DNA from: the human T2T-CHM13v2.0 reference genome, Homo sapiens
Reading direction: 5' to 3' (one strand)
Length of the DNA: 64,000 nucleotides
Assembly (NCBI RefSeq): GCF_009914755.1
Contig: NC_060938.1
Made by a program: the position numbers and the translations under genes. This document shows positions 25,994-46,665 of the stretch, one piece after another; the first letter of the stretch is position 1; the number at the start of each line of letters is the position of its first letter. The notes beneath the pieces were generated by a model that saw only the letters and a list, made by a program, of their open reading frames with translations, ran no database searches and had not been told where the DNA came from.

Positions 25994-26749
25994 ATGCTTC
26001 ACTAATCCTGGTCTGTTTCCTTAATTCTATCCACACTTCTGAAGTGGTCCCTTCACTAAACTCCTCAATGGCCCCATTTGACTCTGCCACTTGTTTCCTG
26101 CTGATACCCTAGTACATACAACGCCTATGTGACACAAATGTATAATACTGGGGAATTATATTTTAAATTAAAATGGAAAAACTAGCAATGTAAAACTGAA
26201 ATATCTAATTGTTTTCTTTTAAAATCCATTAGTCTTCTGGTTTAAGCCTAGACACCTGACACCTCGTTTACAGCAAGATGTTAATGTCAGGTTAGAGTTG
26301 TGACGTGCAACATGGAAACAGACTTGAATTCTGGGAGCTATATTTTTAGTTTCATAAAAAAGCAAAGCAAAACAAAACAACTGGGATTGAGAGAGTTCTA
26401 GTTTATCGTTGCTTAGATAGCACTCCCTATACCTGGCTATGGGCCAAGAAGATTTATTCTGAACAAAGAGAAAAGTGGGATTAGAACACCGGAGGTCTTT
26501 GGTCCCATTAAGAATCATACCCCACAAATAAATAGAGATAGCTGGATCATATAACTGTGCTCTTCTCAATTGACGTTAAAAATGCCACAAATAATTTAAC
26601 ATTTAAACACATTTTTTTTCCTGTAACTTTCACAGAACTTCTTGGCTGTATCTTTAACCTACTAATCAAAAGAATTTCCTCAAGTTCACATTTATAGATG
26701 TTTTTAATGAACATAATTTTCTTCTGTATTCAATAAACATGTAAAGAAT

Positions 26750-27450
26750 ATTGATGACTATGGAAAACACCAAAGTAATAATTGCTGTGGTTAAGAATCA
26801 TCTATGGATACTAAAATTAGTAGATGACAGTATAAACAGGGTATTTGCATGGTCTCTAAGAATTTCCCTACAAGATACTTTTTAATTACAAATAGAAAAA
26901 AATATTAACTGTGCAGTGGAAAAAACTGATAAACACCTTAACCAAGAGATCAAATTTAATATCACCAAAAATAAGATATATCAATATCCTGATATGATGC
27001 ACTGATAAGGGCACAAAATCATTCTGTAGTATTCCTGCCAAAAATACCACATGATCATGAGAATGAGAATGATCTGATCATGAGAAAATATCAGACAAAC
27101 CCAAACTAAGGGACATTCCACAATATAATCGGCCAATAAGTCTGGCCAAAAGGAGTCTAAAAAGATCAAGGGCATTGCATGATAAGGACTGAGGAAGTCA
27201 TATTGGAGGAATCTAAGAAACATGATAACTAAGTATAATATACAAGATCTTGGATTGGATCTTGAACCAGAAAAAGGGCATTAGTGGGAAAACTGTTGAA
27301 ATTCAAATAAAGTCCATAGATTAGTTAACAGTATAACTGTTAATTGCTAAGTTTCAATCATTGCTATATAAAATGTTAACATTAGGAAAAGCTGGGTGAG
27401 GAAATCACCATATTTAAAACTTTTCTGCATGTTCAAAATTATTTCTTTAA
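26750..27450 (+). mobile_element. Ancient L1 3' end (L1MC/L1ME-like)
   Basis: tatcagacaaacccaaactaagggacattc...ggattggatcttgaaccagaaaaagggcattagtggg. Confidence 0.7.
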
Positions 27451-27979
27451 AAACAAGAATTTAAATTTTGAAATATAAATTATTGACAATGATCCTGATT
27501 CAAGGGTTATTTTACTGGTGTAGAAGCAAAAGTATAAGGGAGTGAGCCCAACCACCATTTTATTTCACACATTCTTCACAAATTCTGGAAAGTCTTCAGA
27601 ATCTTCCATATTTTATTTTGATATCACAATCTAAAAGTAATATAAATTAGTTTACTTTAAAAATATGCATTCCTTTTATAAGTAAGAATTTAAACTCATT
27701 TTGAAGCCATCATATCTTGAAAATAACTAAGTGGGAATTTTTGTAAGAAAACCACTTTATTCAGGCAATTAGAATGAGTGTAACAATACGATAAAAACTG
27801 TATAATTATTAAATAAAATATGTATTATATTAGGATCATTTTTGTTCCAAATTTTTACTAGTTGAACTAAATTTTTATTAGTTGAACTAAAAATTTACAA
27901 ATTAGTCCTAAAACACAAAATAAACTGTTTTATCTAGAAAGATGGTAAATTACTTAGAGATAGTCAAAAGAAGTAGAAA

Positions 27980-28420
27980 TTGTGGAGGAGACAGCCAATT
28001 GCCTCCCGGGCCTGTTCTGTCATTCTCCCTTAGTAAAAGAACCCTGATTATTAGCTAGGAATAGTGCTTCTCTTGCAGTCAAATGTGGCCCTTTGTTTTG
28101 GCAAATGACTTATATGTGGTAGTGTGGTATGGAAACTTACTGGAAGTCTTCTTAAAAAGGAAAGGAAGAAAAATTTCCCTTCCATTCATACTGTAGCTTG
28201 GGAAAAGATTATGATGGAGGAAGTCTGGCTGGACCAGGAGGAAAAAGACCTTAAAGATGACAGCATAATAAATGGGACTGTCCCACTAGCCCATAGAACT
28301 GCCATTCTGACCCTCGAATAATTAACTTATACGGCAAGAAGTAAGTTTATATCGGTTAAACCACTGTTATTATGGTTTCTCTGTTACAAGAAGTACAACC
28401 TAATCCTAACTGATACAGGA
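27980..28420. mobile_element. Old MLT1-type LTR
   Basis: End motif ccactgttattatggtttctctgttaca...cctaatcctaactgataca. Confidence 0.55.
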
Positions 28421-29140
28421 AAGTTCCCAGAAAAGAGATGTGAAGGACTTTTGTACTAAAATTATAGCAGAAATATACAACTTAACGAGAAATGAAAAAG
28501 CAAAGAACAAAAGTAGATTTTATGGAAGAGCATAAATGGGATAATGGCAAAATGAAAGCAGCAATTGGTTCTGAATGAGTCATAAAAGAAAGTCACTGAA
28601 AGTGGTTTAATGTCAGTATAAAAAGGAGGTCATGAAAGAATAAACTCTAGAATTTGAAGCTGTTAAATACATTAAGATGAAAAAGAAATCATACTTAAAT
28701 TCACCAATTATTAGCATCTTAGAGAAAATAATTGTACCTCAAAATATCTTGGCTAAAAATTATTAGCGGAGAGTATCACTCAGTGGCTTTCGTTGCAAGC
28801 AAAAGAACATTACTCTGGATATAGCTCATAGGATAGTTCACAGAACAGAAAGGCTGAAAAACCAGGCTCATAGAATGAGAACAAGCGGAGTATAGTGGTC
28901 AATACCCCAGACAGTATCATGTCACAGGATCACCTTAATTATGGTGCCAGTGCCATGCTGCTGCCACAGGCATGGGTGCCACTAGATGAGTGCAATAAGG
29001 CCTTGATGTTTCTGTTGCCATCAAAATGAATTCTAAATATTCCTGCTTCTTTGCTTCCCATGTTCTACACTGAAAGGCCCAGGAAGAAGATAGCTAAACT
29101 TAGGTTGCCCGCCACAAACTTTAGTTATTAAAGAAAAGCA

Positions 29141-35419
<6,279 letters not shown>

Positions 35420-35699
35420 TTAAATAAAAGCACATGTATTTTTTAACATCTGTGATGGGGGATGTGGCCTGCCTTCCCACTAAAGCTCTCACAGTGGAAA
35501 ATTCCAGAAAGGACAGGGATTCAAATGCTGCACAGCCAAAAAGAGACAAACATGCAGTACATCAAATGATTTTAAATGGACAGAAACATTGGTTTGTAAT
35601 GTACCTAGAATTTTTTAAAAAGTTGCTTCACTATAAGGTGGGGAAACATTGGTATAATAGACTATGGGAATTGTTCTTCTTTTCTGCCTAATTTTCCCA

Positions 35700-36085
35700 C
35701 CCCCCTTTCTTCAGAATCCTTTGGGAAATATCTCCTCTATGCATTAGTGCTGGGGCTGCTAATCATAGGATTATGCACACAGAACCTGAAATTGAGATAT
35801 GGACATTGGTAGAGAGTTATTTGGTTTATTTCCTACATTACAATTGCTTAACTGGGAGATTTGAGTTTGTCTGGCAGCCATTTGTCTGCCACTAGGGGAG
35901 ACTCTAAAAGAATAAAGCAATGCAAACAAAGAGCTGCAGAGAGAGTCTTCACAGCAGTATTTGAGTCTCCAGATGCACTCTTGCCATAAGATGCACTCTT
36001 GCACTTCCCAATTACATGAACCAATAAATCCTTTTTGGAGGAGTTGAATTTCTGTCACTTGCAACCAAGTATTCTGACTTTGTGC
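35700..36085. mobile_element. Old MLT1-type LTR fragment
   Basis: ccaataaatcctttt...tttctgtcacttgcaaccaa is a MaLR LTR end motif. Confidence 0.55.
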
Positions 36086-36658
36086 AATCATAAGATCTAG
36101 GAGTTAATAAGGTCAGTATCATTTGAGTCCCAAAATTACAAATATTTGAAGAAATACAGTTCAAGATAAGAGTGGGATAGGAAAGATATTTGAAAAACAA
36201 TTCATAATGTAGATTATTTTTAAAAGCTAAGACAATGCAACCTCTCTTAGAATCAAAGGAACAATGGCTTGAGAAGAGAGCTGTGAAGTTAACAATTCCT
36301 TGAGAATATAAAAAACATCAAAAGCATGAGTAGAAGACATAGCTGTAAACTATACCACAGAAAATTCATGTTTAAGAATTTCCTTTACCACTAAAGAACT
36401 TATCCATGTAACAAAACTACCTTTACCCCCAAAACTATTGAAATAAATTTTTTAAATTAAAAAATATAGGAATTTCCTAATAGAGAAGAAATAATCAAAT
36501 GTTTCATTATTTTTTAAAAGATTAGAATCTAGCCTGCTTAATACAAAGCCTAAATAATACTGTAATGAAAGTCAAAGGATCCATTCGAGACAGATCTTTC
36601 ACTACGTATCTATATAATCAATTTATCTGAACCTGTGGTGTCTTACCTCTAAAGCAAG

Positions 36659-37166
36659 TGTGGTGGTTAATACTGTCAACTTAATTGGATTGAAGGATGC
36701 AAAGTACTGTTCTTGGGTGTGTCCATGAGGGTGTTGCCAAAGGATACTAACGTTTGAATCGGTGGACTGGGAGAGGCAGACTCACCCTCAATCTGGGTAG
36801 CCACCATCTAATAAGCTGCCAGCGTGGCTACACTGGTGGAGTCTTCCTGCCTTTATCTCTCTCCCATGTTGGATGCTTCCTGCCCTCAAACATCGGACTC
36901 CAAGTTCTTCAGCTTTTGGACTCTTGGACTTACACCAGTGGTTTGCCAGGGGCTCTAGGGCATTTGGCCACAGACTGAAGGCTGCACTGTTGGCTTCCCT
37001 ACTTTTGAGGTTTTGGGACTTGGACTAGCTTCCTTGCTCCTCAGCTTGCAGATGGCCTACTGTGGGACTTCACCTTGTGATCTTGTGAGTCAATACTCCT
37101 TAATAAACTCTGCTTTAGATATACATCTACCCTATTAGTCCTGGCCCTCTAGAGAACTCTAATACA
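36659..37166 (+). mobile_element. MLT2A solo LTR (ERVL)
   Basis: TG...CA ends, tgtggtggttaatactgtcaac...ggattgaaggatgcaaagt; 5-bp TSD gcaag on both sides. Confidence 0.9.
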
Positions 37167-37489
37167 GCAAGCATCTCTTTCACTTCTAAAATTGTGACAA
37201 TATTCAAAGTTCATTTCAGTCTAACAATTACATTTTCTGCTACTATCTACAGTCATGAGCTTAGACAAAAAAAGGCAGGAGAAATACTTGAGCAAAACAT
37301 TTCAAATCACAGATTTCAGTTTAACATAGAATATAATTTTGTGATACTTATCTTTGGAATTCTTTTTGAAACTGCCTTATGCATTTTGTTTTTTTTTTTT
37401 GTACTATACTGTTACTCTATAAATTGCCCCCTTTTCAACCTCTGATACATATATAGAAATCCATCCACAGCTTCTGAACTACTTTTTAA

Positions 37490-38365
37490 AATTTTTTTTA
37501 TTATAGCAAAATATACAAAACATATCTACCATTTTAACCTTTATTTTTTAAATTGTGGTAAAATACACATAAAATTTACCATCTTAACTAATTTTAAGTG
37601 TACAGTTTAGTGGCATTAAGTACATTCACACTGATATGCAAACATCACTATTACCCATCTCCAGGCCTCTTTTTATCATGCAAAACTGAAATTCTGTACC
37701 CATCAAACAATAACTTCCCATCCTTCCTCCCCCAAGTCCCTGGAAACCACCATTTTAATTTCTGTCTTTATGAATTTGACTACTCTAGATACATCATACA
37801 TCATATAAGTGTAATCATACAATATTTGTACAATAATTTTGTGAATAGCTTATTTCACTTAGAATAATGTTCATCCAGGGCTGAGCACAGTGGTTCACGC
37901 CTATAACACCAGGACTTTGGAAAGCTGAGGTGGGAGGATTGCTTGAGCCCAGGAGGTTGAGGCTGCAGTGAGCATCCCAACACTGCACTCCAGCCTGGGC
38001 AACAGAGCAAGTCCCTGTCTCAAAAAAAAAAAAGGGTTTATCATCCATGGTGCAACATGTGTCAGAACTTCCTTCCTTCTTAAGGCTAAATAATATTCCA
38101 TTGTATGTACATACATTTTGCATATCCATTCACCTGTTAATGAATACTTGGTTTACTTCTACCTCTTGGCTATTGTGAATAATGCTGCTATGAACATGGG
38201 TATACGAGTATCTGTTAGAGTCCCTGCTTTTAATTCTTTTGGGTATCTTAGAAGTGGAACTGCTGGATCATATGGTAATTCTATGTTTAACTTTTTGAGG
38301 AGCCATCATATTGTTTTCCACAACAGCTACACCACTTTACATTCTCATCAGCAATGCATAAAGGT
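37490..38365 (-). mobile_element. L1MB-like 3' end with a monomeric Alu (+) at ~37878-38033
   Basis: ttaagtgtacagtt...gtggcattaagtacattcaca...ttcatcca; the Alu monomer ends ccctgtctcaaaaa. Confidence 0.85.
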
Positions 38366-41300
38366 TGTATGCTATTCAGGACTTTTATATATTAAAATAT
38401 TTTATTAACCATTGTTAAATAGTACATGATATTTCAAAAACACAATGAGATGATCATCTGGAACACCTCCATGCGAATACAACTGTCATTTTGTAAAATT
38501 CTAAGTTTTCTCATTTGTATATTTTCACAGAATTTTAAGTTTATATATTTTTGATTTTCTTCATATTATATATCTAAGCATTTTCCATGGCATTACAAAG
38601 CTATTATAATTATCATCCTAATGTTTATGTTATAGTCAACCAAGGGGAAATACTATAATTTTCTTAATCATTGAACATTCAAGTTGCTTCCAATTTTCCA
38701 GTATTAGAAATATGCAATAAATACATATGTACATAAATCTTTACTTCTTTTGAATCCTTTGCACAGAAAAGTATTAATCAGTTAAAAGTATGCACATTTT
38801 TAGAGTTGCCAATATGATTAAATTTATTTTCAAAGTGATCATATATATTTGTATTACCTCAGCACTCTCACCAGTGGGGCCCATAACAAGAGGTACTGGT
38901 ACTCGTTCATCACTAGTCCTCTAACAAATTGTCTATCATCTATAAATGTTCACTAATTGAGTTCATGAGTGAATAAATGAGAATGCCATTTTACTGAAAC
39001 CTCAATATCACTGAATCTTATTTTGTTTGCTAGTTTAAGACAGCTGGTACATTTTAGGCTATTTTAAAACTGTTTAAAATAATTAAAAACTTGGCCATTG
39101 AATCAGAAGGTCCATAAAAAATGAATCTCCTTGCCAGCATAAAGGTCTTTCTTGGTATTTAAACATTTTTCTATACATTGCCAAGTGTAATGTAATTTCA
39201 TTCTATTATAATTTTTCTTTCTAAACACAAAAATATTATTATGGGAGCACTTTCCTAACTTGCCAGGTTTTGCCATATCAGGTAACTATAACCTCTATTT
39301 AGCATTTGGTATAAGAAAATGAAATTGTATCAGCCACACTCAACTCATCATAACTGAAACGCAATTGGTTCTAAATTTTTCTTATTTTGTTCATTTCTTT
39401 TTATTGTGAATTTTCTACCCATTAAGATGAAAGCTCTTTGAAGTTAAATCTTTCTTTTTCATCTCTATCTGCCAAATTGGTTAGCACAAAATTTGGCACA
39501 TAGTAGGCATCAATAAATATTTCAGGCATATTTATTATGCTCTACAGTTGATTTTTGTTTGATCTAATTGAGAATAATTTTCAAGAATCATGATAAAAAT
39601 AAATCATATATGCATTAAATACATATTACAAGGATTTCTTTATGTTAAGGTAGAAGAATAAAATTAGCAGATAGAAAGGAAGGCTTAAACTATCCTGGTA
39701 GTCAATGTAGTATTCAATTCTTTACAGATTGTAAATTATAATGGTAATGGTACTAGAATTATCAAATTTTCCCCAAAGCAATCTTCAAGGCTAATCAACA
39801 TAGACAATCACTCTTTTCATTTCTATAGCAATAAGAAAATTTTAAGCAATATCTTTTGATGGGAGTTGTCTTGAAAATTGCTTAGTCAGGAGGCCTTATT
39901 TTAAAATGCAACAAGCCTGAAATATTAAATGTAATTTGCCATGCAGCCTAGAGAAAGAACGAAGCATTTGGTACATTTTTCCTAATTGTTTCTGATTGCT
40001 GCCTGGGTAGCTCCAGCACTTCATGTTCAAAATCACCTTTGAGGGCTTCAACAACGTTGACTACTACTTTTAATCAAAAAGAGGCTAAGTATAAAATAAT
40101 TTGACTATTACATGGCAGAAATCCTCATAATAACTGGCTTTAACATTTTTACTTAACTGACCTTAAAGAAAGAGCCCTCAGAAGGCAAACTGTTGGTACT
40201 TAATGAATACTGATTAACGTGACACATTACTGGATGCTAATATTCACAGAAATCACTGTCCCAAGAAAAGTGGTCAATACTGAAGTAAAGAGAGTTCGTT
40301 TTCTAATGATAACCATGTTTGCTTAGGTCTGCTTAGCATAAAGCTCACTCTTAAGTTTGTTATTTAAAAAATTTATGCACTTTAAAAAATGTATTTGCAT
40401 AAAAAATAAAATTGTATAGACTATCTTTATTTCCACAAATAGCATGATAAAACTAACAGAAAAATAATATAGAAGTAGAAATATACACTTATATGAAAAT
40501 TTAGAGACAGCCCGATCCTTAATATTACTGAGGAGAAAATGGAAACCTAGAGATTGACTTGCCCAACATAAAATTATCAAGTTTCTTGCAGAGCTCAAAT
40601 GGTAATTCAGATCTCATTATTTCTTGTTAAATATGCTTTCCATCACCTTATGAACATCATTATCTTTTTCTTTCACACTAAGAACACTGTTTTCTTAATC
40701 AGTTGTTGAGTTCATGCTTTGACGAGGAATGAGGAAAATAACTGGTCTAGTAAATGGAGATCTTGCAAAGAGGACAACATATTTCAGAGTGTTCTCAGGT
40801 AGGGCTGCTTTTGCTTCTGAAAGGAAGGAATCATTCCATTGTCTTTGGAAGGAGGCATCAGTGGATGCAGTATTTGGGATATAATCAAAAGGAGGGGAAA
40901 TGGGCTTCAGGCCCTCCTGGTTCTTAAAGATTGTTTACTGACTCATAAAGCAAATGCTATTCGTTCTGTGCATCAGGAGAAATGGAATAAAAATTCTAGA
41001 AGAATCCACACTATATTCAGGTTAGTACTTTTAAGATGTACTATATTTTTAAAGAATCTGTACATTGGGGAAAGAAGGCAAACATAAATAAAGGAAGTCT
41101 TCTCATAAGAGTAAATATAAGTTTTAGGTTTTCACAGCCTACTGTTATAGCCCAGAGTACATTTGGGAATATGAATGATACAGAAACAAGTTGCCCAGGG
41201 ATACTGAATTGTGCAATTCAGGGTGTATGTTTCTACATGAATTTGACCACTCAGAATAAAAAAACTGTCACTGAATTTTTGCAGTACATAGTATGAGTAA

Positions 41301-43627
41301 GTTTTTTGGTTTTGTTAGCTGTATTAGGCAGGGCATACATGCTCTTAAAGCTTGCCTCTAAAATTTTATTATTTTCATTATTTTGATGCCAGGAGAAAAA
41401 TTATCAGGGAAAAAATTCACAGGGAAAATAATGCATAGGCTAGTTTTATATAAAAGCCACAAATAAAAACAATCCATTGTTTCTTACTACATGGTTATCT
41501 CTACAAGTATATGCATCTCTTTTGTGCATACTGCTCTTTAAAGGTGTATGAATTTTCTACCAATTACAAAGTCTTGTAGGAGTAAAACTGCTGTGTAATA
41601 AAAACATGAATCAGATATTTGGCTTGGGATTCATAAATAACAGAATTTTAAAAATTCCGTGGGATTAATAATTATTCTAATATTTATTTCTATATATTGG
41701 TTTTAATTTAAACTAAGAGTCTAAAACACAGCTCTGGTAAAATGAAAATATTTTAAAGTACCAGCATAAATGTTATTAAAATCATTACACTTTAAAACTA
41801 TACTGTTAAAAACAAACAACACCTAAAAATTTCCTACAGTAATACTTAGTCATTGCTGATTCGACAAAACACAGCGTATTTTATTTTGCATGTTATATAT
41901 AACATATACTTTACATATGTACAAATTTTTGTATACATATCTGTATATATACACTAATATATTTTTACACATATGCTAAAATTTATATTTTACATGCATT
42001 TGAAAAAATCAAATAAGCTTCAGAATGTATACATAAATTCAGTAAATGTTCTCATTTACTATATAAAATGAACTAATTTTAAAGATTTCAAAAGATGACC
42101 TATTAATCTAATACTGCAGTGGTCTAGTATCCTACTGTCTGATTATCAAAGCTCAAAATTTACCAATATACCAAACAAATCACAGTAATTTTCAACTGTA
42201 ATACAACTCTAAAAAATAATATGGCCCTTCTCTTCCTATGAAAGCATCAATACTTTAATTTCTTTATTCAGAAAAACAATTTTTCCAAATATATTCTGGA
42301 TAAAGGTACTACTATAAAAACAAAAATCCACTACACCTCTATACTGGCTATACAGTGGCTAAATCACTTAATGGCTTGGTGAATTTTTTGGAGGGTAGGA
42401 GTATTGCAGCCAATTTAATGTTTTTGTTTTTATTTTTTTATTATTTAAAGATTATAAAATAATATATATTATTTTAAAAATGTATTAACAGCACAAAAGA
42501 GTATAAGGTAAAAAGTGAAAGTTCCCCTTCCGGTCAAATCCCAGTTAATCTCTTGAGGTTAAGATCTGCTGTTTCTTATGTGTCTTTCAGAAATATGCAT
42601 ATATAAAACATGCTCATGCTTACATTCAGTTTAACATAAAATCATACCATGCAAATCATAATTTTTAATTGTTTTAATTAACATAAGTTGGACATCTTTG
42701 CATAGGTGTACATGCTGATATATCTCCTTTTTATATAATCTATTTAACCAGTCCCCTATTGAAGACTGTTTTGTGCTTCTTTGATATTACAAATTTTCTA
42801 GTACAAACACCTGTAGTAGCAAAAACACAAAACAGTCTTCAATAAGGAATAGGTTCAATAAACTTAAATGAAATCCTGCGTCAAGGGGAACTCCATTTTA
42901 AATTTTGTTAAACACAGCCAAGCTAAGTTTCAAAAATGTTCCTCTAATCTACCATCCCACCAAAATTGGTTTTTGTTATTTTATGCATAAACTGTTATTT
43001 GCTAAATGTGGTTTCATTTCCCATTAATAATTATTTAATATGAGTAACCTCTAGTTTTTGTGTTTTAAAATATATTAACCTAAAGAGAGCATCACAGTGT
43101 AAACTGCAGGAAGTAATTGTAACAAATGTGGACTTTTCCACTCAACAGTACAATAAGGCTGGAAGGATTGCAGGGGGGTCAACAGGGTTTCCTCCAACAT
43201 TAGGCAAATTACACCTAACTTTTCCCCCCTACTCTTATGTAATCACAACTATCCTACCCAGTAGAAATTCTCTCAGTTAACTTGCACACGGCACTTCCAT
43301 TTATATATTCATTCTAAAGGAAAGTGAAGATAATATTCACAAAATTCTAAATGGTTAGTACATTTATAAACAGAGAACTTGGCAGGCAAATGCCAGGAAA
43401 GGGGCATCTACTTGAGGTTGCTAACTTCAGTTATAGCTTTAGAAATTAATAAGGCATCATATCCTTGGTCACTGTCAGCAGGTTAACTGATGCTCCAATC
43501 TAGTGTAAAATGCTGGGAAAAAGACTATGAAATCTGCATCATCAACTATCAATAATGTTTGCAAAAATAAAGGAGAATCATTGTACTTAATTCAGATGTG
43601 TGTAATTTAATTTTTGTAGAATCAAAT

Positions 43628-44082
43628 TGTTAAGTACGCCTGTGGTTGGTGTTTGGCAGACACACCAGACAACAAAACGTAAGCATGTCCTGAGAATGAC
43701 CCCGTATGGCAGACACACCTCAGTGTAGGTTTGGTCTTCCCAGCATGGCCAGCCCAGAGATTCATCCTTATCTATGAGAACATCTGAGCCCCATCCCATC
43801 CTATGGGACCTGGGCCATACAGGAGATTGAGGCCCTTTGTTTTGGGTTAAAGGAAGGTTGCCAGATGGAGATTGCTAGGGGGAGGGTGTTAAGTGCAAAC
43901 GCTATCTAAACTGCATGCTTTCTGCACTTGGTTGCACTTCTGTCCAGCCCACTGCCACTGTAGTGCTCTGTATGTAAGTTCCCTTCAATAAACCCTATAT
44001 CTCATTTGCTGGCTCTGGGTCTCTATTTGGCCTCTTGAACCTGGTGCCATCCATACTGAAGTGAATGGGGTCTGGCATGACA
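43628..44082 (+). mobile_element. Solo ERV LTR (LTR47-like, family uncertain)
   Basis: TG...CA ends, GC-richer than its flanks, AATAAA near 43987 followed by a U5-like segment. Confidence 0.65.
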
Positions 44083-45662
44083 GATGTTTACAGTTTTGTT
44101 ACCATTAAAATTTGATCTTTCAGTGAAGTTAAAATTTTTACAAAATGTAACATAATTTAAAAAATTAAAGTCTAGCTTTTTAAATATTCCAATTTACTGA
44201 TTTCCAGTCTACTAATAATTCTACTGTGTTCTTTCTTAAACACCTGTGTTTTTTTAAACAATTATCCAAAATAAGTTTCCAGTAGTTACAATGTTCCAAA
44301 ATAATATCAACTGGAACACCTCTAAAATAAAGTCTCATCTGTGAAGTTATTGCTGTGGAATAATAGTGAAATTTAAGAGCTATACAAGAAAACTAAAAAT
44401 TCTTTATCATAACCAAAATTTGAAACTATTCTTTTATCATACACTCCCCATCAGTAATTACTGTAAATTTTTCAGAACTGCAATTTAAAAGAAATATATT
44501 GTATCTTAGAGTAAAGCTTGAGACCAACCAATCGCAAAGCTATGATTACATTATATATTGTTTATTTGATGGTTCTATTTATGATTGTTTATGGGATATG
44601 AAAGTTTCTATATTAAAGAAAGTTTCAATATGAAACACTGTAATTAACTATTGGGCACGTCCTGTCTTTAATATTCTCATAACTCATAACTTGCCCAACC
44701 CAAATCTCACGAACATGCTGAGACACTCTAAAATTTCTACTCATCACATGCCCTTTCACATGATGTTTGATGCATATCATGATCTATGATACAGTGACTT
44801 TCAATAAGCCATATAAGTCAATCTTTTTATTTTATAGTCCTTTTCTTCTTCGGTTTTCTTCTTGTCCCATTAAGATATAAACCTTGACATTCTTTTCCAA
44901 TCTTATTACTTCAACAATCTTTTAAAAAAAATTATTGAATATTCTACATCTTAACTTCTCTCCCAAGGTCAATATGTAATATAGGTCCAATTCTGTATTT
45001 CCAACTGGGCATAGGCACCTGAATATCGCATCAGCCCCTTACACACAGGTCTCAAAGTAGATTCATTATCTTTCTTCCCAAAGCTATTATTCCTCCTGTG
45101 TTTCTTTAAAGGCACCCGGAACTGTGAGCCTGATTTTGCCTTCTCTTTGGCCCATACCTAGTGCTGCAGCTCTGCATTATTTTCAGAGACTTCTGGCCAG
45201 TGGTCTCTGGGAACAAGGCAGAGTGAGGGTTTATGGTGTGGGTTTTGCTTTTGTTTTACTTTTTAGCAAGAGAAGTTAACTTGGGTATGAACTGAAAACG
45301 GGCATTACCATTACACAATAACACGTATGTCATGATAATGCCTGGCTAAACATCTTCTCTGGCTGAAGCAGCAGTTCCAGATTTTTCACAATTTGTTTCA
45401 TTTTATGTGAATCAGCAGGGTAGGAAAAAATACACGAATCTTGAAGACATACAGATACAGACTCAACTCCAGATGTCATCACTTATTTTACTTTTCTCAA
45501 GCTCAGATTCCTTACATTTGAAATAATAATAAGCTACCTCATAAGGTTAAGATTAAATGAGGTACACAAAGTACTGATTCTATGTATGCTCTAAGTATGT
45601 GTTGAATGAATTAAAGAATAAATGTTCCCCTACCTGGAATACCTCTTCTCCCAGCTAACTCT

Positions 45663-45950
45663 GTTTTTGTTTTTGTTTTTGTTTTGTTTTTTTTTTTGAG
45701 ACAAGATCTCACTCTGTTGTCCAGGCTGGAGTGCAGTGGTGCAATTTCGGCTCACTGCAACAACCTCTTACCTCAGCCTCTGAGTAGCTGGGACCACAGG
45801 CGCACACAACCACACCTGGCTAATTTTTTGTATCTTTTGTAGAGACAGGGTTTCACCATGTTGCCTCAAACTCCTAGGCTCAAGCGATCCTCCTACCTCA
45901 GCCTCCCAAAGTGCTAGGATTGCAGGCAAGAGCCACCACGCCTGGCCCAG
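45663..45950 (-). mobile_element. AluJ with (TTTTG)n tail
   Basis: Reverse dimeric Alu containing ggctcaagcgatcctcc. Confidence 0.9.
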
Positions 45951-46414
45951 CTGTCCACTCACCCTTTAAAAATGGATTGCAACCATCCTTAATTTCCCCA
46001 GAATTATGTGTCCCACTTTGTTTCTGAAGCTCAGCGCATACCTGTTTATCACATACACTGTAATTACTGATGTCCTTGTTGTTCAAGTTATGTCCTTGAT
46101 GTCCAAGTTATATTTTGGTAAATTCCTTAAGGATCATGTTTTATTTGACTTTATATCTGCAGCAATTAGTGTAGTTCCTGACAAATAGGAACCACTATTC
46201 CCTTCACTATTTCAATAAATGTTGAATGAATATTTTATACACAGCTAACCAAAGGGCTTGTACCATATGCCCTACTAATTTTATTCTAAGAAAGCACGAT
46301 GTTCAAATATATTTGAAAAACAGCAGATATTTCAACAATAAACATGTTAATTCTGCTTGGGTCATATGTAATGCCCATGAGAAGAACAAGCATAAATACA
46401 GACTCTCTACATAA

Positions 46415-46665
46415 AGATAATAGCTCATCCTTACTAAGCACTTAAGCTGTGCCATTTACTCTGCTAAGCAATTTACAATTATTTGATTTAATCCAATGAC
46501 ATAACTCTCTGCGGGTTAAGTTCTATTATTTGCCTTATTTTACAAGATATGGGGAAACTGAGCACTAGAGAAATTACATAACCTCAAGATCTCACAAGTA
46601 GTAAGCAGTAGTGCCAGGGTTTCAACCCAGACTTCCTGACTCTGGAGCCTCCACTCTTAATTACA
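46415..46665 (-). mobile_element. MIR
   Basis: ttattttaca...gaaactgagcactagagaaatta core. Confidence 0.7.

Noticed and set aside
27851-27890. Short tandem duplications (20 bp here; also ~14701-14738, ~15753-15782, ~30413-30448)
   Set aside because: Two-copy slippage duplications are ordinary and show no array structure.
38400-43600. Long AT-rich stretch with few recognisable repeats as a hidden gene or RNA
   Set aside because: I found no convincing exon chain, ORF or RNA-gene motif by eye. Conservation data would be needed to say more.
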